DNA from: Paragordius varius
Lineage: Eukaryota; Animalia; Nematomorpha
NCBI GenBank assembly: GCA_964247055.1
Contig: OZ176054.1
Location: 11,098,001 to 11,162,000 of the forward strand
Length of the DNA: 64,000 nt
Direction of reading: 5' to 3'
The position numbers and the translations under genes were made by a program. Each line of letters opens with the position of its first letter. The stretch's first letter is position 1. The notes beneath the pieces were generated by a model, which was not told the DNA's origin, made no database searches, and saw only the letters and a program-made list of their open reading frames with translations. Below, in pieces: positions 1 to 21,410 of the stretch.

Positions 1-254
1 CAATTCAAATTCACCCTTGAACAATTCAAATTCACCCTCGAACAATTCAAATTTACCCTCAAATAAAATATATGTTTTTTAAGATTAAAAATTATTTATA
101 TTTTATATATTTTTCAAAAATAAAAATTTTGTTTTGAATTAAAATAATACTGAAAAAAATAATAAATTATACCATAAACATATATTTCATATTTATAATG
201 AATTATATTAGTTCGAAAACACATAGACCCATGTTCGGGTAAGTATTACTTGCG

Positions 255-324
255 TCCTTATGCTTAAATCCTTATGCTTACGTCCTTATGCTTCCATCCT
301 TATGCTTACGTCCTTATGCTTACA
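255..324 (+). repeat. Subterminal 14-bp tandem array (TCCTTATGCTTACG-type), ~5 units, left foldback arm
   Basis: Direct reading; no spacers between units. Confidence 0.9.
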
Positions 325-2581
325 TTTTTGAATAAAAATAATACATTCATCATAAGTCTGCTTCTAGTAGACTTATTAAAATTTCAAAGTGGCATAACTT
401 TAAAAATATTGTGAATTTTTGAATTCTGTAAATTGGAGGAAAGAAAGTAAAGTATATTTAACAAATAATTTATAGGTTTAATTAATGTTGCTTCAATCAT
501 TTGGCATTAAAAGGGGTTTACACAACCCCTGTTAAAAAATACATAAATCGTAAAACATGCATTCAAAATCAAAAGTTTTTTAGAAGAAATAGGTATGCAT
601 TTTATCCAACTATATTTTTTAGATTTTTTTGAGTTATCAAAATTGAAATATTTGCATACTTTGTGAAATAAAAAAATCTATCCAGTTTTTCAAATTCTTT
701 AAATTGGAGGATAAAAATGATGTATATATAACAAATTATTTATAGGTTTTAGAAATTGAATGATCGCATACACTCTTAGTGAACTAAGCTTCTTGAAAAA
801 ATATATCTGGAACATACATGTAAAACCCAAAGTTTTTTAGAAGGTGTGCAATTGATTTAACCATATTTTTTAGATTTAGATGTCATGGCGATCGAATTAT
901 CTGCGCACTTTTTGCATTTTGAGGATGAAGCATTGAAGAATTTATTTATTTTATTGGATTGCATAAAATTTTTACTATTTGATATATAAAATTATATATT
1001 TATGTTTATTGTCAATAAATATGTGATAAATTTACTTTAGTTTCAAGCGTCTAAAAAGCATATTAATCCACAGTGCACAAAATCGGAGGCTATAAAAAAT
1101 ATTATGATCAATCATATATATTGCATATTAGGAAAATCATGGTGCTTGGTTTTAGGTCTAACGAATAATATTGAGGTATATCCAATTTTGTGGTAATTGC
1201 CTTATCGAAAGGTTGCAAATTAGGCAAACTTATTTGGAGTCTACGCTTAAAATTCTAAACAAACTTCATTTTGGTTTTCAAATATAGTTTATAATTTAAT
1301 GATATTATTAAAGGAAATTAAACTTTGACCAAAAAGACCCCTAACTATTTCCCCAAATTTAAAGCAAAAGCTAATCAAAATTTTGAGGTGATAGAAATGT
1401 TAAACAATGTTTTTGTAATATCTTAAAGCACCATAAAATACGATTGCCAAAATTTTTATAAAAAAATCTATTATATTGTCAAATACTAATTTATATGAAA
1501 AATATTATCGCGCATCGGCTTTTTTTAAAAAACTGGCCAATTTTAGAGAAGTCCAAAAAGTTGTTTTGGAACCTACGCTTAAAATTTTAAATTTCATTTT
1601 TGTTTTCGAATATAGTTCATATCAAAATATAATGGTATTTTTAAAGGGAAGCATTTAGCTTTCATATAAAAAATTATAATTTGCCTAATTTGTAACCTTT
1701 CAAGGAACAATTACCACAAAATTGGATATAACTCTAAATTATTTGTTAGACCTAAAACCAAGCACCATGATTTTCCTAATATGCAATATATATGATTGAT
1801 CATAATATTTTTTATAGCCTCCGATTTTGTGCACTGTGGATTAATATGCTTTTTAGACGCTTGAAACTAAAGTAAATTTATCACATATTTATTGACAATA
1901 AACATAAATATATAATTTTATATATCAAATAGTAAAAATTTTATGCAATCCAATAAAATAAATAAATTCTTCAATGCTTCATCCTCAAAATGCAAAAAGT
2001 GCGCAGATAATTCGATCGCCATGACATCTAAATCTAAAAAATATGGTTAAATCAATTGCACACCTTCTAAAAAACTTTGGGTTTTACATGTATGTTCCAG
2101 ATATATTTTTTCAAGAAGCTTAGTTCACTAAGAGTGTATGCGATCATTCAATTTCTAAAACCTATAAATAATTTGTTATATATACATCATTTTTATCCTC
2201 CAATTTAAAGAATTTGAAAAACTGGATAGATTTTTTTATTTCAAGTATGCAAATATTTCAATTTTGATAACTCAAAAAAATCTAAAAAATATAGTTGGAT
2301 AAAATGCATACCTATTTCTTCTAAAAAACTTTTGATTTTGAATGCATGTTTTAGGGTTTTTCTATTTTTTTAACAGGGGTTGTGTAAACCCCTTTTAATG
2401 CCAAATGATTGACACAACATTACTCAAACCTATAAATTATTTGTTAAATATACTTTACGTTCTCTCCTCCAGTTTACAGAATTCAAAAATTCACAATATT
2501 TTTAAAGTTATGCCACTTTGAAATTTTAATAAGTCTACTAGGAGCAGACTTATGATGAATGTATTATTTTTATTCAAAAAT

Positions 2582-2706
2582 GTAAGCATAAGGACGTAAG
2601 CATAAGGACGTAAGCATAAGGATTTAAGCATAAGGATGTAAGCATAAGGACGTAAGCATAAGGATTTAAGCATAAGGATTAAGCATAAGGATTTAAGCAT
2701 AAGGAC
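2582..2706 (-). repeat. Subterminal 14-bp tandem array, ~9 units, right foldback arm
   Basis: Reverse complement of the 255-324 array with more units (gtaagcataagga repeats). Confidence 0.9.
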
Positions 2707-2818
2707 GCAAGTAATACTTACCCGAACATGGGTCATAATTTATTTTTAGGGTGAATTTGAATTGTTCGAGGGTGAATTTGAATTGTTCAAGGGTATATAT
2801 ATTTTATTTATTCTATAG

Positions 2819-10659
<7,841 letters not shown>

Positions 10660-10841
10660 AATTTAGTTTTTTTTGTCACTCTCAAAAAGAGGACCAATAA
10701 CATTATTTTATTGATTATATTTTGAAATACTTTTTATCTTATTTTTTAGAACCAATTTTTTCTATATCAAAAGGTTACACAAAATTCCAAGCCTAATCAC
10801 AATTATACACTTGTGTAATTCCAAAACATATAATTTACATA

Positions 10842-11016
10842 CACTATGCATTTTAATGGTTGCTTATTTCACACTATAGTAGGGGGCAATTTACAACACA
10901 GTAATGTATGGAAAAAAACAACACTGGAAAATATCCTTTCTTTTTTTCATACACTCCTGTTGTGTGCAAAATGCCCCCTACTTAAGTGTGAAATAAAACC
11001 ATTAAAATGCATACTG
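10842..11016. mobile_element. MITE family B (Tc1/mariner-type, ~175-bp hairpin)
   Basis: TA|CA(C/G)TATGCATTTTAATGG...CCATTAAAATGCATACTG|TA; same family as the 6185-6820 array. Confidence 0.82.
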
Positions 11017-11056
11017 TATATTTATTTATTTAATATTTGTGATATGACAAATTATT

Positions 11057-11099
<43 letters not shown>

Positions 11100-12549
11100 T
11101 ATATTGTTTTTATATTACATTTACCATAAACTGGACCAAACTATATATATATTATTTATTATATATTATATATATATATATATATATATTATCAAATTAA
11201 AAATTTGTCGTGATGCCAACTATATATATATTTATGTACTTTATTATATGTTTACTACAAAAATAATTAATGAAAATGTGAGATTAATTATTATTGGTAA
11301 AAAATAAATTACTGAGTAATTGATTTTTTATATTTTTTTCATTAAAATTTATTTTTTAATTTTTTAAAATAAAAGGTTATAATTTCAAATTTATTTTTGT
11401 TTTAAATAAAGAGTTCGGGAGTTTTTTGTCATTATATATATAGTAAATAACAATTAATTAATGTATGTCACATGATTAGGGATTTTATAAATTAAATAAA
11501 AAAATGAAAAAAAACCTTATATTTTAGCCAAGATTAGATGTTTTTTTTATTCAAAATATTTTTAATGATAAAATTTTTATCTTGTTTGCCATTGTGTTTT
11601 TGTGGTATATATATATATATATATATATATTCGTTTTAAATTATTCATTTTTAACGTCAGGTAACAATATAATTTTATTTAAATTGATTAAAATATCCAC
11701 CCATATTTTTCATTCGATTGAATTTTTTCAATTACAAAATTTTTGATTGATCTTATTTTTATATTATTTTGGGATGAAACATTGTAGATTTTAACATATA
11801 TCCTTGATTTTTTTGAAAAAAATGTTTATCATATCTTCGTTAAAATCAAAAATCAATTTGGTGTTATAGTATTGATTGAAATTATGATATTAAGTTTATT
11901 TAGAATAAAACCTCTTAAAATTTCTATATTCAAACTTAAATTAATTGCTTAAATTCAAATTTTTAATAATATATTATATAAAATCCAAAATGTATTTAAA
12001 TATTTTTAATAGTAAACTTTGTTAGCTAAGATAAATTATTATTTTTGATGAGTCAATCTTGATTTTTTAACATAAAAAGTATATTTTCAAAGTCTGTATA
12101 AAACTTATCATATTTTATAATTTAACACATTGTCATCACTAGCAACTTATATTTATATAAATAATAAATTAAAAAAATTTTATACCCTCGAAAAAAAGCT
12201 CAAAATTAAAACGCAGGATAATTTTCAGTTTTATTTTCTATTACAAATTAACAACTTATTGTTAAAAATATATTATATTACCAGCCCATTATATTATATA
12301 TTACGCATAAATTAAAAAAGTTACTTAAAAAAAACATTATGTTATCTTTAAGCGTCTAGAGTTAATTTTTTTATTTAGAAGATATGAAAACCGGAATCTA
12401 TTTTACTACATTTTTTTATCAAGAAGATTATAACTATGTAATTTTTTTAAAAAAATATATATAAACAGAAAATTTATTGGTTAAAAGGATACTTAAATTG
12501 GATTTAGATGAAAAATAATACAAGTGACAATTATAATTACTTTGTATTC

Positions 12550-15199
12550 ATTATTTTTTCGCTCCTCTAAAAAAAGTCAAAATATTAATTTTGCTATTAA
12601 GAATTTTTTATTCAAATATGCACCGCGCTTTAAGACAAATATAATATAATGCTTTGGCTAGACAAAAAATCGCCTCTTAAAATAAAATTGTTTATTAATC
12701 CATTATTTATATATATAAATAACGAGTTAATTTCACCATTTTTTTAAATCATTTCTTTAAATCATTTTTCGATTTTGCAAAAAACGAATTCATTTTAATA
12801 GCACAAATCATACACACACACATCAAATAATATTTTAAAATTCATGTTAAGATTTTTTTGTTTTTTTCGAAAATCATGAAGAAAACCTATATATATGCTA
12901 TATATTCCATTGTTTAAAAAATCAAAATTTATTCAACCTACTCTATAATTCTATAATAATTATATTGTATCGAGAGAAAAGGAAAGAATTTGCATGTAAT
13001 TTAATCCTCAAGTTTGATCGGATTACCTTTTATACCTATGCATGGCAAAGGACAAAAATGAATCGTTATTTTTGAGATGGAAAATATATTATATTATAAT
13101 TTAAAAATTTCGAAGTGGGACAATTTTTTTTTCGGTAAAAAACGCCCTATTTTATTTTACTTACAATTATTAATATCATTTTCATTTTGATTTTTAGAGA
13201 TTTTAAAAAATCGGAATTGAAACGAGAACAAAGCATATCCATTCATTGTGTCACAAATACAAGTTAGTTACCTAAAATTTACCTATCAAAAGCGTTTGTT
13301 TTTTCAAAAAAAGGATTTAAGAAGATTATGTAATGCTAATAATAATATATGACAAAGAAAAGTAGTTTAAAAACTAAACTTGGAATGAAAGACAAATAAT
13401 ACTTTTGCTCAGTTTTGTTTTTCGTTTCAAAAAAATGATATTTCATTGTAACTTGAAGCCTACTTTATTTTGCAATTCTAGGCATTCAATGTTTTGATTC
13501 TCTAGTTTATAATTGAATGATCTAGTGCCTGCCTATGCTTATTATTTTTGTATCATTTTATACAATAATCGCTTTTGTGCGTGTCGTCGTTATCTAAAAC
13601 AAGGCTTTTGTAAAAAAATAGGATTGATTGTGTTTTTAAACAAATCTCTTCAAATATAAAATACATATCGAAAAATGGTCGTACAATTTGAAGCATCAAA
13701 TACAAAAAAAAGTACAACATAATCGGATCATATAAGTATTAATATATACTAATTTTGTCATACTTTTTATTTTCAATCAATTAATTTTTTATATGTTCTG
13801 TTTTTTAAAATATTCCATTTTACAATATTTTTTAAAGCGCATACTGTTTGGTTTTTTTCGTTTGATAAAAAGTTAAAAGCTTTTTGAAAAACACAATATT
13901 TGTGTGACATCAATGAGTATACTGTAAAATTGGCATTGTTGAGCACACAATGAATGATGTATTTTAATTAATTTTCATGATGAACAAATTCTTTTTTATA
14001 TGCTACTTATTTAATTTGTTTTATTTTATATGTGCACAAATCCATTATATGATTTAATCCCTAGTGTTCATTTGCGCTTTTTTGGATGGCGTTTGATATT
14101 GGTAAATTCCGTCCTTCTTTTATGCAATACATAACAATTAAATTATCCTAATTATTTAAAATTTTGTAAAAATATCCATGTTAACTGTATCGATAATATT
14201 TAAATGGCTCTTCTAATCAAACTGCATAGCCGGAAATAGAATGGACCTGGCAAAAAAGTAAAATATTTTTAGTTAATTTTTAAAGTAAAATTTTCAACAC
14301 AAAAATTTGATAACGAAAACAAATATGCCACCTTGTAAATCATTATTCCAAATGGCACTTATCGATTTCACTGATAGCCCTCAAAAAAACATAAAATTTC
14401 AGTGGAATTGGTAGTGTTATATTGAATGGTGAGATTCTACTTGCATTTTACTAAATTAAGAATCCATTTATTTTTCCGATGAATAATTTTATCCATATAA
14501 TAAAGTTTCAAATTATATATTTTTGTCCAAAGGATCATATTCTTTGGCGCATATTGAAAATCTTACAAAATCCTATCCTGGCTATACACCAACTCGGTAA
14601 TTTTTAGTAATATTTTATAGCAAATTGTTACAAAAAAAGTTTCCTTATAATAAATATTCTATCTTTTCGAAACCCAAAAATGGTTTCCATCGATTTCTTG
14701 ATTTTATTTTCCCAAAATATTTATAACACACTTTCTTTTTTACAAAGAAAAAAAAGTTTAATTTTATAAATGGGCTGACCTAATGAAAGTAACGTAAACT
14801 TTCGCATAGTGACATTCGATGTTTCTATTTATTGTAGAAACTAATCTATCTTATTTTTCCAAATTACTACTCATTAAATACTCCAAATCTGTGGTGTCTA
14901 ACATAAATATTATCGTGGGCCTCATTTTTGACTTGAAAAATTTGGCGACCCGCATTTGAAATAGATATGGGTATTCATAAATAATTTATTTGATTTGAAA
15001 CGTAAGATGATAAAATTTAATCCAGTTAAACAATTTTTACTAGTTTTTGCCAATTAAGTAAACCTAATCAGAAATATTATTTTAGAAATATCCATTTTAC
15101 TATAAGCTTTTTAAACATATTTTCGCAAATTATGAGTTTCCAAATTTTTCGCCGGCCGCACATATACAGTGTCGGAGGGCCGTATGTTGGCAACCCCTG
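12550..15199 (-). mobile_element. Highly degenerate hAT (Buster/Charlie-like) transposon; left boundary approximate
   Basis: hAT-type end ggccgtatgttggcaacccctg at 15178-15199. Faint minus-strand transposase remnants (IIHC motif near 13950, GLNH near 14050). No matching TSD found. Confidence 0.5.
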
Positions 15200-15851
15200 C
15201 TCTAAAAAATGATAAATATTCAAGTTTCATTCATAGTGATGAAATTAATAATAATAAAATTTAAAATATAAGGTAATCAAAAATACTTTGACTTTAAAAA
15301 ATGGGACGGAAGCATTTTGGAATAAATAGGTTAAAAATATAATTCGTAGGTTTCTAAAATGGACTGCTTAATTTAAAACAAAATATACACATATATTTAG
15401 ACTAGGTTGTGTTTGTAAATGTGTTTTGGATTAAAAAATTAAAAGACAGCTCTATTTTTAATATAACCTGCATTTTAATAATTTTTGGGTTGATATTTAG
15501 GAAAAAATATGATGTATTATAACATTTTAAAAGTTGTTAAATTAAAATTAACTTTTGAATACATTTAATATATATATATATATTTATATATATGTCCTGT
15601 GAAGCTTCGATTCAAGAACACTCATATTTAATTTAGTTATGAAAGATAAATATTTTAGAGATTCTGAGGTGGTATAATATAGAATTCGGTAGTTTATAAA
15701 AATATTCTGTTAAAATATATATATTTATATATATTACTGATTGATGTGTCATTTAAATGGTGCTCTGGTTTTAAGCAATACTAGGGATTTTAGATAATAA
15801 CTATTTTATTTTAACAGTCCCATATCAAAATATTAAAACATATTATGCGAA

Positions 15852-16135
15852 TGATATAAAAAGGATATATATATATATTTATTTAGTATAACAACAAAAT
15901 TGAATAATATATGAATGATCTGCGTGTCACAATGATCCCTTATATTTATTATGAAATTTGGTTATTGCATTCACAAAGATAAAGTTGTCTGATTTAAACG
16001 TTGTTAAAGATAATAAGTATAAATAAAATAATTTGCATTCACAACCAAGGTAATATATACGTAACAAGGACAAAAGTGTATTATGCACTAAAAAAAGAGA
16101 AGGATAATTTGCGTATGATAATAACCCTTTTAACA
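15852..16135 (-). repeat. Gypsy-1 3' LTR (284 bp, TG...CA)
   Basis: Minus strand TGTTAA...ATATCA; follows a purine tract just after the integrase stop; about 5 differences from the 5' LTR over ~250 bp. Confidence 0.88.
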
Positions 16136-19100
16136 TATTTTTTCTTAAGCTTGATATCGGTCGGGTGGCTTTCGGGATCGAATTGGGTACCGGCGAGTGG
16201 TAGTAGGAGAAGTGTCACTTGTTTGCACGGGAGTATTCTCACTTGAAGGCGCACTTTCTGATTCCGGATTCTCCTCGATATTTTCAGGGGTTCTTATTTC
16301 ATGTTCCGTGGGATGTTTTCGGAGGTTATTATCATTGTTGTTTAAGTTTGCGGATGATGAGTTAGGAATGCTGATTGATATTTCCGGGTTATCTAGATTT
16401 TTAGTCTTTTCCACACTTCTCCCTTCTTCTCCTTCGGCCGACCAATCCATGCGATTCTTTAATTGATCAGCATGTTTGCGGATAATTTTGCCATTGTCGT
16501 TGACATTGTACGATAACCATCCCGTTCTGTCGACGATTTGTCCCTCCCTCCAACCAGTACACAATTCATTCTTGATATATACCTTTTGCCCCTTTTCAAA
16601 CTCCTGCGGAATGTCGGGAGTATCCATGAATTCGTTGGGCTTCGTTTTCATCCATGTAAATGGGCTTTGCATAGTTCTTTTTAAAAACAAATGCGCGGGG
16701 GTCTCCTTCGTGGAACTGTGATGCGTGTTTCGGTAAGCCCATAAGATTTGGTTTAATCTTCGTACTGGGTGTGCGGAAAGTGGGGTTGACATTGAATAAT
16801 GATTTTTTAGAGTGTAAATTACTCTCTCTACCAATCCATTTGTTCGGGGGTGGTAGGGAGCTGATGTTACGAGTTTTATTAGAGGAAGCTAAAGTTCTCT
16901 CAAACTCCCCCGATTTAAAATAAGAGCCGTTATCAGTAATTACCACTTTTGGGTACCCATACCGGCAAAAACGGTTTCTAAAAACTTTAGAATACCTGTA
17001 TTAAGAGAGCGTAACGTCTCTACCTCCACCCAGCGGGTGCAATGATCAATTAGTACCACCCAGTATAAATTGTCAATGGGTCCGGCGATATCTACGTGGA
17101 GCCGTTCTCATATGGTTGTATTCCCGCTCCATTAATAGGTGGGATTTTCGACATTTGGGCGCAGCCTTTGGCAGTTTTGGCAATTACGCACCCATTTTTC
17201 GATATCTTGGCTCAACCCGGGCCAATAAACCTTTTCACGGCTTAATAGTTTCATGGCTTGTATTCCCGGATGGCCACTATACAGGTATCTTAAAATCTCT
17301 GGCTTATTTTTGTTCGGGATTATTACCCGATCTCCCACAAATAATAGACCGTATGCATCCTCAATTTCATTTTTTATTGCGATGAAAGGCTTGACCAGGG
17401 GGTCCGTCCAATTATTAGACCTTAGGGCTACTTTTAATTTTGCTATCGTAGGATCCTTTATCGACTCTTGATAGATAATTTCTCTATTTAAATTTAATTC
17501 GTTGGACCAAATCAAATGAACATTGCTACTTTCATCGTCTTTCTCAAAAGCCATCGGCTCCTGGTTTTCTCTGGGAAGTCTCGATAGGCACTGTTTTCTG
17601 TACCAGGGTGATATTTTATGTTAAAATCGAATACCGATGTTCTAGTTATCCAGCGTACTAGTTTACAATTATTAATTTTTTTTAGATCTCTTTGAGGCCC
17701 AAATAGTTTCACTAGAGGTTTGTGGTCTCCGTTTTTATTATAAATTTTCTGCCATACAAAAAGGTTTTAAACTTCTCTAACGCTATTAGGATAGCTTTTG
17801 CTTCTCGCTCAATTACTGAATAGTTTCCTTCAGCCTGAGAGCATTTTTTTGACGTGTAGGCGATCGGGCGATTACCCGCTGTTGTTCTATGTGATAAAAT
17901 AGCACCGTATCCTGACATTGACGCGTCGGTTTCGAAGACTATAGGTAGTTTGAGATTATATGGATGCAAGGAACTACTCTGGCAGAAGTCTTTAGCTTTT
18001 TTGAATATCGAATCATGCGTTAGCGTCTAACACTATTTTTGTTTGTTACCTACTAATTTATGTAGTTCTCCCATTAAAATGCTTAGGGAAGGGATGAATT
18101 TTGCATGAAAATTAAGTAAACCCAAAAATGATCTAAGAGTGGTTTTGTTGGTCGGGGTCGGGCACTCTTGGATGGCTGTAATTTTATTTGGGGAGGGTTT
18201 AATGCAATTTTCAGAAATAATATGACCATGATATTCCACAGATAGTGGAAAAAGTTTTATTTTATCTTTGCGCAATTTTAATCCCATTGTCTCCAATTTG
18301 GTAAATACCTTTATTAGGTTGTCCTTGTGCTTTGTCTCGGTTTCGCCTGTCACTATAACGTCATCTAAATAAACGGCGGTACCTGTGCAATCTTTTAATA
18401 ACTCGTCCATAATTTGTTGAAAGAAGTTTGGAGTGCAATTCAACCCAAAAGGCAATCGTTTTTACTTATAAAACCCCTTATGTGTAGAAATTGTTAGTAA
18501 CTGCTGACTATCTGGGTCTACTGGAATTTGAAAATAGGCGTCTTTCAAATCTAGTGTCGAGAAAGATTTGCCGAAGGAAATTTTTGAGATGAGGTCGTCA
18601 AAGGTTGGAATTATGTATTGCGGCGGTTTTATGTGTGGATTTATGCTTATTTTATAATCCACGCATATTCTAAGCTCTTTATTCGGTTTTAAAATATTTA
18701 CAGTAGGGCTGGACCAAACGATTCTAGTCTTTTTTGGATCAACAGGCTCAATTATATCCAGTTTTACCAATCTATTTATCTCATCCTCCACTTTGCTTTG
18801 TAACGATAGTGGCACCCTTCTACTTGGAAAAATTCTACCACAATTATTATTACTTAAAAACACTTTAATCGGTTCGCCTTTCCAGCAACCAAGGCCCTCA
18901 GAAAATAACTTGTTAAATTTGTTATATATATATCATATGAAGATAAGTTATTTATTATTACATGACGGGGTATTTTCAAATTAAATTGTTTTATCCAGTC
19001 CATTCCAAATATTGATGGTAAATTGTTGTTTATAATAAAGCACTCTAGAACGTGAGTTCTTTTATCTAACTCAACCTGTAATTTGCCTTTACCTAATGTT

Positions 19101-19866
19101 TTTATACGATTATTATTATATGCATGTATGAAAATATTATTGTTATGAAAATCCAGTGCTGGTTTGCCTAGACGGCACCAGTTTTTATAATTTATGATTG
19201 AAATATCGGCACCCGTATCAAAAATCATTTCAATAGGAAAATTATTTATTTTAGGAACGATTTGGGGTTTTTTTGCTTTATTAAAAAGAGAATATGCTTT
19301 AAACGTTACCTTACAACATCGAGAAAAGTGGTTTGAACGATGGCATCTATAACATTCTTTGCCATAGGCAGGGCAATGTCCCAACGTATGAGTCCTCCCA
19401 CATTTTGTGCAGGTTCGTCGGTTATTATTACTATTGTTGCTTTTTGATTGGTGAAGTGTGGCTATTTCATTTATTTCACCATTACTACTGTAGTTCTTAT
19501 TATTGTTACTTTTATTATCATTATCAATATTGATGGACAGCACTGCTGCATTCGTTAGTACATTTAGTGCCTTCTAATGTGATAAAGCAATATTTACTTG
19601 AGTGTTTAGAGAAACGGGAGCCCCGTTTTCTAAAGCCTCCGGAACCGTGTAAATAGCTCCATCTCCACTGCTTGCTCATTTAACCCCGCGATGTATACAT
19701 CTCTGATGTGCTCGTCAATGTTTGACGAGAACCGGCAGTGGATGGCCATTTGTTTAACTCTTAACAGGAATTCTGTGAACGTTTCCATTTTCCCCCTCTT
19801 CATTTTAATTAAATCAAAACGCGACGAAAAAATATTCCTTGAGGGGGTGAAGATTTTTATACCGGC

Positions 19867-20350
19867 GTTGGGACATTGCCCTGCCTATGGGAAAGAATGT
19901 TATAGATGCCATCGTTCAAACCACTTTGCTCGATGTTGTAAGGTAACGTTTAAAGCATATTCTCTTTTTAATAAGGCAAAAAAACCCAAATCGTTCCTAA
20001 AATAAATAATTTTTCTATTTAAATGATTTTTGATACGGGTGCTGATAATTCAATCATAAATTATAAAAAGTGCCGTCTAGGCAAACCAGCACTGGATTTT
20101 CATAACAATAATATTTTCATACATGCATATAATAATAATCTTATAAAAACATTAGGTAAATGCAAATTACAGGTTGAATTAGATAAAAGAACGCACATTC
20201 TAGAGTGCTTTATTATAAACAACAATTTAGCATCAATATTTGGAATGGACTGGATAAAACAATTTAATTTGAAATTACCCAGTCATGTAATAATAAATAA
20301 CTTATCTTCATATGATATATATAACAAATTTAACAAGTTATTTTCTGAGG
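19867..20350 (+). repeat. ~490-bp inverted duplicate of the Gypsy-1 zinc-knuckle/protease segment 18896-19389
   Basis: Plus-strand ORFs 19691-20005 and 20023-20373 repeat GHCPAYGKECYRCHRSNHF and MIFDTGAD...GMDWIKQF of the minus-strand ORF 18854-19543; roughly 4% divergence by eye. Confidence 0.95.
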
Positions 20351-20616
20351 ATCGACCGCGCCAGTTGATATAAAAAGGATATATATATTTATTTAGTATA
20401 ACAGCAAAATTGAATAATATATGAATGATCTGCGTGTCACAATGATTCCTTATATATATTATGAAATTTGGTTATTGCATTCACAAGGATAAAGTTGTCT
20501 GATTTAAACGTTGTTAAAGATAATAAGTATAAATAAAATAATTTGCATTCACAACCAAGGTAATATATACGTAACAAGGACAAAAGTGTATTATGCACTA
20601 AAAAAAGAGAAGGATA
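20351..20616 (-). repeat. Gypsy-1 5' LTR (20366-20616, ~25-30 bp truncated) and PBS TGGCGCGGTCGAT (20351-20363, tRNA-Ser-like)
   Basis: Direct repeat of 15852-16106; the PBS begins 2 nt after the LTR terminal CA. Confidence 0.85.
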
Positions 20617-20629
20617 TATTTGGGCTTCG

Positions 20630-21410
20630 GAAGTCCTAATTTTTCTGCCTTCTATAAAATGGGCTAGTTTTCAGAAAATAAACGCAAATTACGCTAATGT
20701 GCAATATGTAAACAGTGACCACAAAAAAATGTGTGGAGAAATACATATATTCTGATAAGAAAATGGACAGAGTGCTTTGATCTTGGCCCTTACGAGTGAT
20801 TTAAGTAAGTTATTTCACTTTAGTGGTAATAAATGCCAAAATTTGCGCATATTTGGTTGAATAATATTTTTAATTGTTAAAGCTATTTCAAAAAATATCA
20901 CTAAAATATATAACAAACCACATATAAAAAGCATAAATGTTTTTATAAAATTTTAATTTTTAGAAGTGGCTCCGAAAATGGCATTACCCTTCGGAAATGG
21001 GCTAGTTATTTTAAAATAAACGCAAAAATGCCAAGAATGCGTGATAAAAATTTTAAATATGCACAGTGTCCACAAAAAATAACCTAATTTAATATTATAT
21101 TCTGATAGGGTGTATCAGGATTATCATGGTGCATTTAGTTTTGGCTCTTACGAGTAATATGAGATTATTTACTGTATTGTGGTAAGTGCTCCATTTCAGA
21201 AAATGGCAAAATTTGCGAAAACTTTTTCAAATAAAATTTTTTTGGCGAAAGCTAAATGCTTCATTTCCAAAATATCACAATATCATATTTTTTTTAATAT
21301 TAACTTTTAGATGTGGGATCCGAGCACAATTTATTTCGTTGTTCCCAATGAACATATTTTTTTAAAAAACGCAAAAATGCCTGTATCGTGCGATAAAAAA
21401 TTTAAATATA
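20630..21410. repeat. Dispersed repeat family D, tandem degenerate copies (~340-370-bp period); relatives near 26860-27250, 35040-35970 and 38600-38900
   Basis: Shared motif aaatgggctagtt...aaataaacgcaaaaatgcc recurs at ~20658, ~20996 and ~21365. Confidence 0.65.

Larger units (their letters stand above)
226..2734. mobile_element. 2.5-kb non-coding foldback (FB-like) element with ~1-kb inverted arms, nested in a MITE-A copy within an AMPD intron
   Basis: Arms ~226-1230 and ~1678-2734 are reverse complements, with termini GACCCATGTTCGGG and CCCGAACATGGGTC. Spacer ~450 bp. ATA at 223-225 is repeated at 2735-2737, and removing the element restores the MITE-A consensus cgaaaacacataatttatttttagggtg. 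Confidence 0.9.
1..2793. mobile_element. MITE family A copy 1 (left end outside the window, interrupted by the foldback)
   Basis: gaacaattcaaattcaccc repeats at 1-60 and their reverse complement at 2745-2793; internal AT-rich body matches the other copies. Confidence 0.8.
15852..20616 (-). mobile_element. Gypsy-1: rearranged, defective Mag-like Ty3/Gypsy LTR retrotransposon
   Basis: LTRs at both ends; double CCHC gag (CTKCGRTHTLGHC, CYRCHRSNHFSRCC), protease FDTGAD, RT (LDLKDAY, YLDD), RNase H (ETDAS, YSVIEREA), integrase (GHPG, DNG, VERVI), split into about 8 ORF fragments. Confidence 0.95.

Noticed and set aside
255-2706. 14-bp repeat arrays as CRISPR or iterons
   Set aside because: Units are contiguous with no unique spacers, there are no cas genes, and the context is a eukaryotic intron; they are subterminal repeats of the foldback.
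2491-2736. 81-aa ORF with repeated LMLKSLCL
   Set aside because: Translation of the 14-bp array.
10846-11307. 153-aa ORF
   Set aside because: Runs through MITE-B and (TA)n tracts (IYIYIY); no protein-like composition.
16001-17471. Plus-strand ORFs over Gypsy-1 (and minus-strand ORFs over Gypsy-2) as antisense genes or env
   Set aside because: They are short shadows of pol with no env features. The 3' extensions after integrase are low-complexity linkers without a recognisable chromodomain.
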